Of a stretch of 8,475 bases of DNA, positions 6,489 to 8,475 are shown piece after piece. The DNA comes from a virus (taxonomy: Duplodnaviria > Heunggongvirae > Uroviricota > Caudoviricetes): the IMG/VR virus record IMGVR_UViG_2648501235_000008; one strand, written 5' to 3'. The stretch's first letter is position 1. Every line of letters begins with the position of its first letter. The notes under the pieces are model-generated. The model worked only from the letters and a program-made list of their open reading frames with translations. It searched no databases and was not told where the DNA came from. The position numbers and the translations under genes are program-made.

Positions 6489-6809
6489 ATGAAAACACCC
6501 TTACCGCCCGTCTTACGCGCTGCCCTTTACCGTCGCGCTGTCGCCTGTGCCTGGCTGACCGTGTGCGAACGTCAGCACCGCTACCCGCATCTCACCCTTG
6601 AATCACTGGAGGCGGCCATCGCCGCTGAGCTGGAGGGCTTTTATCTGCGCCAGCACGGTGAGGAAAAAGGGCGTCAGATAGCCTGTGCCCTGCTGGAAGA
6701 TTTAATGGAATCCGGCCCCCTGAAGGCCGCGCCGTCGCTGTCCTTTCTCGGGCTGGTTGTGATGGATGAACTCTGTGCCCGTCACATAAAAGCGCCGGTA
6801 CTGCACTGA
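6489..6809 (+). CDS. 106-aa hypothetical protein immediately upstream of alpha
   Basis: Strong SD GGGAGG (6475-6480, 7-nt spacing). Stop lies 14 nt before the alpha start. Confidence 0.55.
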
Positions 6810-6823
6810 AGGAGAACAACACC

Positions 6824-8379
6824 ATGAAAATGAACGTAACCGCCACCGTCAGCCATGCGCTCGGCCACTGGCCGCGTATTCTCCCGGCGCTGGGGATTCA
6901 GGTGCTGAAGAACCGTCATCAGCCCTGTCCGGTCTGTGGCGGGAGTGACCGTTTCCGTTTTGATGACAGGGAGGGGCGCGGCACCTGGTACTGCAATCAG
7001 TGTGGTGCCGGTGACGGCCTGAAACTGGTTGAAAAGGTGTTTGGTGTTTCCCCGTCCGATGCGGCCGCAAAGGTGGCTGCCGTGACCGGCAGCCTGCCCC
7101 CTGCTGACCCGGCAGTGACGGCTGCCGCCGGTGCTGAAACAGACGCTGCCCGGAAGAACGCCGCCGCACTGGCACAAACCCTGATGGCGAAAACCCGTCC
7201 CGGAACCGGTAACGCCTACCTGACCCGCAAGGGCTTTCCCGGCCGGGAATGCCGGATGCTGACCGGCACACACAGAGCCGGTGGCGTGAGCTGGCGTGCC
7301 GGTGACCTTGTGGTGCCACTGTATGACGACAGCGGCGAACTGGTTAACCTTCAGTTAATCAGTGCTGACGGCCGTAAGCGCACCCTGAAAGGCGGACAGG
7401 TCAGGGGCACCTGTCACACCCTTGAAGGACAGAATCAGGCCGGAAAACGTCTGTGGATAGCGGAGGGATACGCGACCGCACTTACCGTGCATCACCTGAC
7501 CGGTGAAACGGTGATGGTGGCGCTTTCTTCCGTGAATCTCCTTTCTCTGGCCAGCCTTGCCCGGCAGAAGCATCCGGCCTGTCAGATTGTCCTTGCTGCT
7601 GACCGTGACCTCAGCGGTGACGGCCAGAAAAAAGCCGCCGCAGCCGCAGGTGCGTGTGAAGGTGTTGTTGCCCTGCCGCCGGTCTTCGGTGACTGGAATG
7701 ATGCCTTCACGCAGTACGGCGGGGAAGCCACCCGTAAGGCCATTTATGATGCCATCCGGCCACCGGCTGAAAGCCCGTTCGACACCATGAGCGAAGCGGA
7801 GTTTTCCGCCATGAGTACCAGCGAAAAGGCCATGCGTATCTATGAGCATTACGGCGAGGCGCTCGCGGTCGATGCCAACGGCCAGCTTCTGTCCCGCTAT
7901 GAAAATGGTGTCTGGAAGGTGCTGCCGCCACAGGACTTTGCCCGGGATGTGGCCGGGCTGTTTCAGCGGCTGCGCGCGCCGTTCTCCTCCGGGAAGGTGG
8001 CCTCCGTGGTGGACACCCTGAAGCTGATTATTCCGCAGCAGGAAGCCCCCTCCCGCCGCCTGATTGGCTTTCGTAACGGCGTGCTCGACACGCAGAACGG
8101 CACGTTCCACCCGCACAGTCCGTCACACTGGATGCGCACCCTGTGCGATGTGGATTTCACCCCGCCGGTGGACGGTGAAACGCTGGAGACCCACGCCCCC
8201 GCGTTCTGGCGCTGGCTTGACCGTGCCGCCGGTGGCCGTGCGGAAAAACGCGACGTGATTCTGGCCGCACTGTTTATGGTGCTGGCAAACCGCTACGACT
8301 GGCAGCTCTTTCTGGAGGTGACCGGTCCCGGCGGCAGCGGCAAAAGTATCATGGCCGAAATCGCCACCCTGCTGGCCGG
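6824..8379 (+). CDS. alpha: Alpha primase-helicase (zinc-ribbon, TOPRIM primase, D5-like helicase with Walker A); 3' part absent or interrupted
   Basis: SD GGAG at 6811-6814. N-terminal zinc motif CPVCGGSDRF...WYCNQCG; TOPRIM-like LWIAEGYATALTV and VLAADRD; Walker A GPGGSGKS at 8327-8346. The frame stays open to 8475, but the expected helicase-like character is lost after 8379. Not in the ORF track because no stop occurs in the window. Confidence 0.85.
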
Positions 8380-8475
8380 CTGTCTCTTATACACAAATCC
8401 CCACCCGGGGATTTGTGATGTCTGTCAGTCTGCTTTAGGGGGACTCTTTCCATCCGGTAGTTTCCTTCCTCCCCG
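8380..8475. mobile_element. Putative terminus of an IS4-family (IS50-like) insertion sequence
   Basis: CTGTCTCTTATACACA at 8380-8395 is identical to the first 16 nt of the Tn5 mosaic end and 15 of 16 to the IS50 outside end, from memory. It is followed by a perfect palindrome cacaaatcccc-acc-ggggatttgtg. The junction coincides with the loss of alpha coding character. Confidence 0.35.

Noticed and set aside
4880-6846. Antisense or alternate-frame ORFs 4880..5188, 4974..5255, 5648..5899, 5793..6164, 5851..6156, 5927..6142, 6592..6846
   Set aside because: Each overlaps a better-supported plus-strand gene or the immunity RNA region and has low-complexity, Arg/Pro-rich translations.
6782-8258. 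Seven track ORFs on the minus or alternate frames (6782..7273, 6849..7319, 7355..8116, 7557..7790, 7707..7931, 7963..8160, 8064..8258)
   Set aside because: They overlap the alpha primase-helicase, which has clear zinc-ribbon, TOPRIM and Walker A motifs on the plus strand. Their translations are Arg/Gly/Pro-rich low-complexity strings typical of antisense or off-frame reading of GC-rich coding DNA.
8380-8398. Nextera/Tn5 mosaic-end adapter contamination as the sole explanation for the 8380 junction
   Set aside because: Identity to the adapter stops after 16 nt and the following sequence, with its own palindrome, does not match adapter tails as I recall them, so a genuine IS50-group terminus is more likely. 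Not fully excluded; flagged for read-level checking.

Overview
The window is a segment of a P4-like satellite prophage (enterobacterial type) with a foreign cargo operon at its left end. All calls rest on reading the sequence and on remembered family features; no searches were run. Positions 113-2130 hold an AT-rich two-gene operon (443 aa and 229 aa, ATGA-coupled) that ends at a P2/P4-type cos core (2149-2167). This is the psu-proximal cargo position where P4-like satellites are known to carry anti-phage systems. The larger protein has, by manual motif inspection, a nitrilase-superfamily (carbon-nitrogen hydrolase) E-K-E-C signature behind an unassigned N-terminal region; the smaller one has an N-terminal hydrophobic anchor. 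I do not recognise the pair as a named defense system and rank it as the main candidate for an undescribed one. The rest is near-canonical P4 backbone: psu, delta and sid on the minus strand, a divergent late-promoter region with two TGT-N12-ACA dyads, a TGTTCACC iteron cluster (ori-type), vis, an immunity-type region with seqA/seqB/seqC-like repeats, three small ORFs, and the alpha primase-helicase. Alpha loses its expected coding character just after the Walker A motif at about 8380, where the sequence matches an IS50/Tn5-type terminal repeat, suggesting an IS insertion. Many ORFs in the supplied track are antisense artefacts of GC-rich coding sequence and are rejected.
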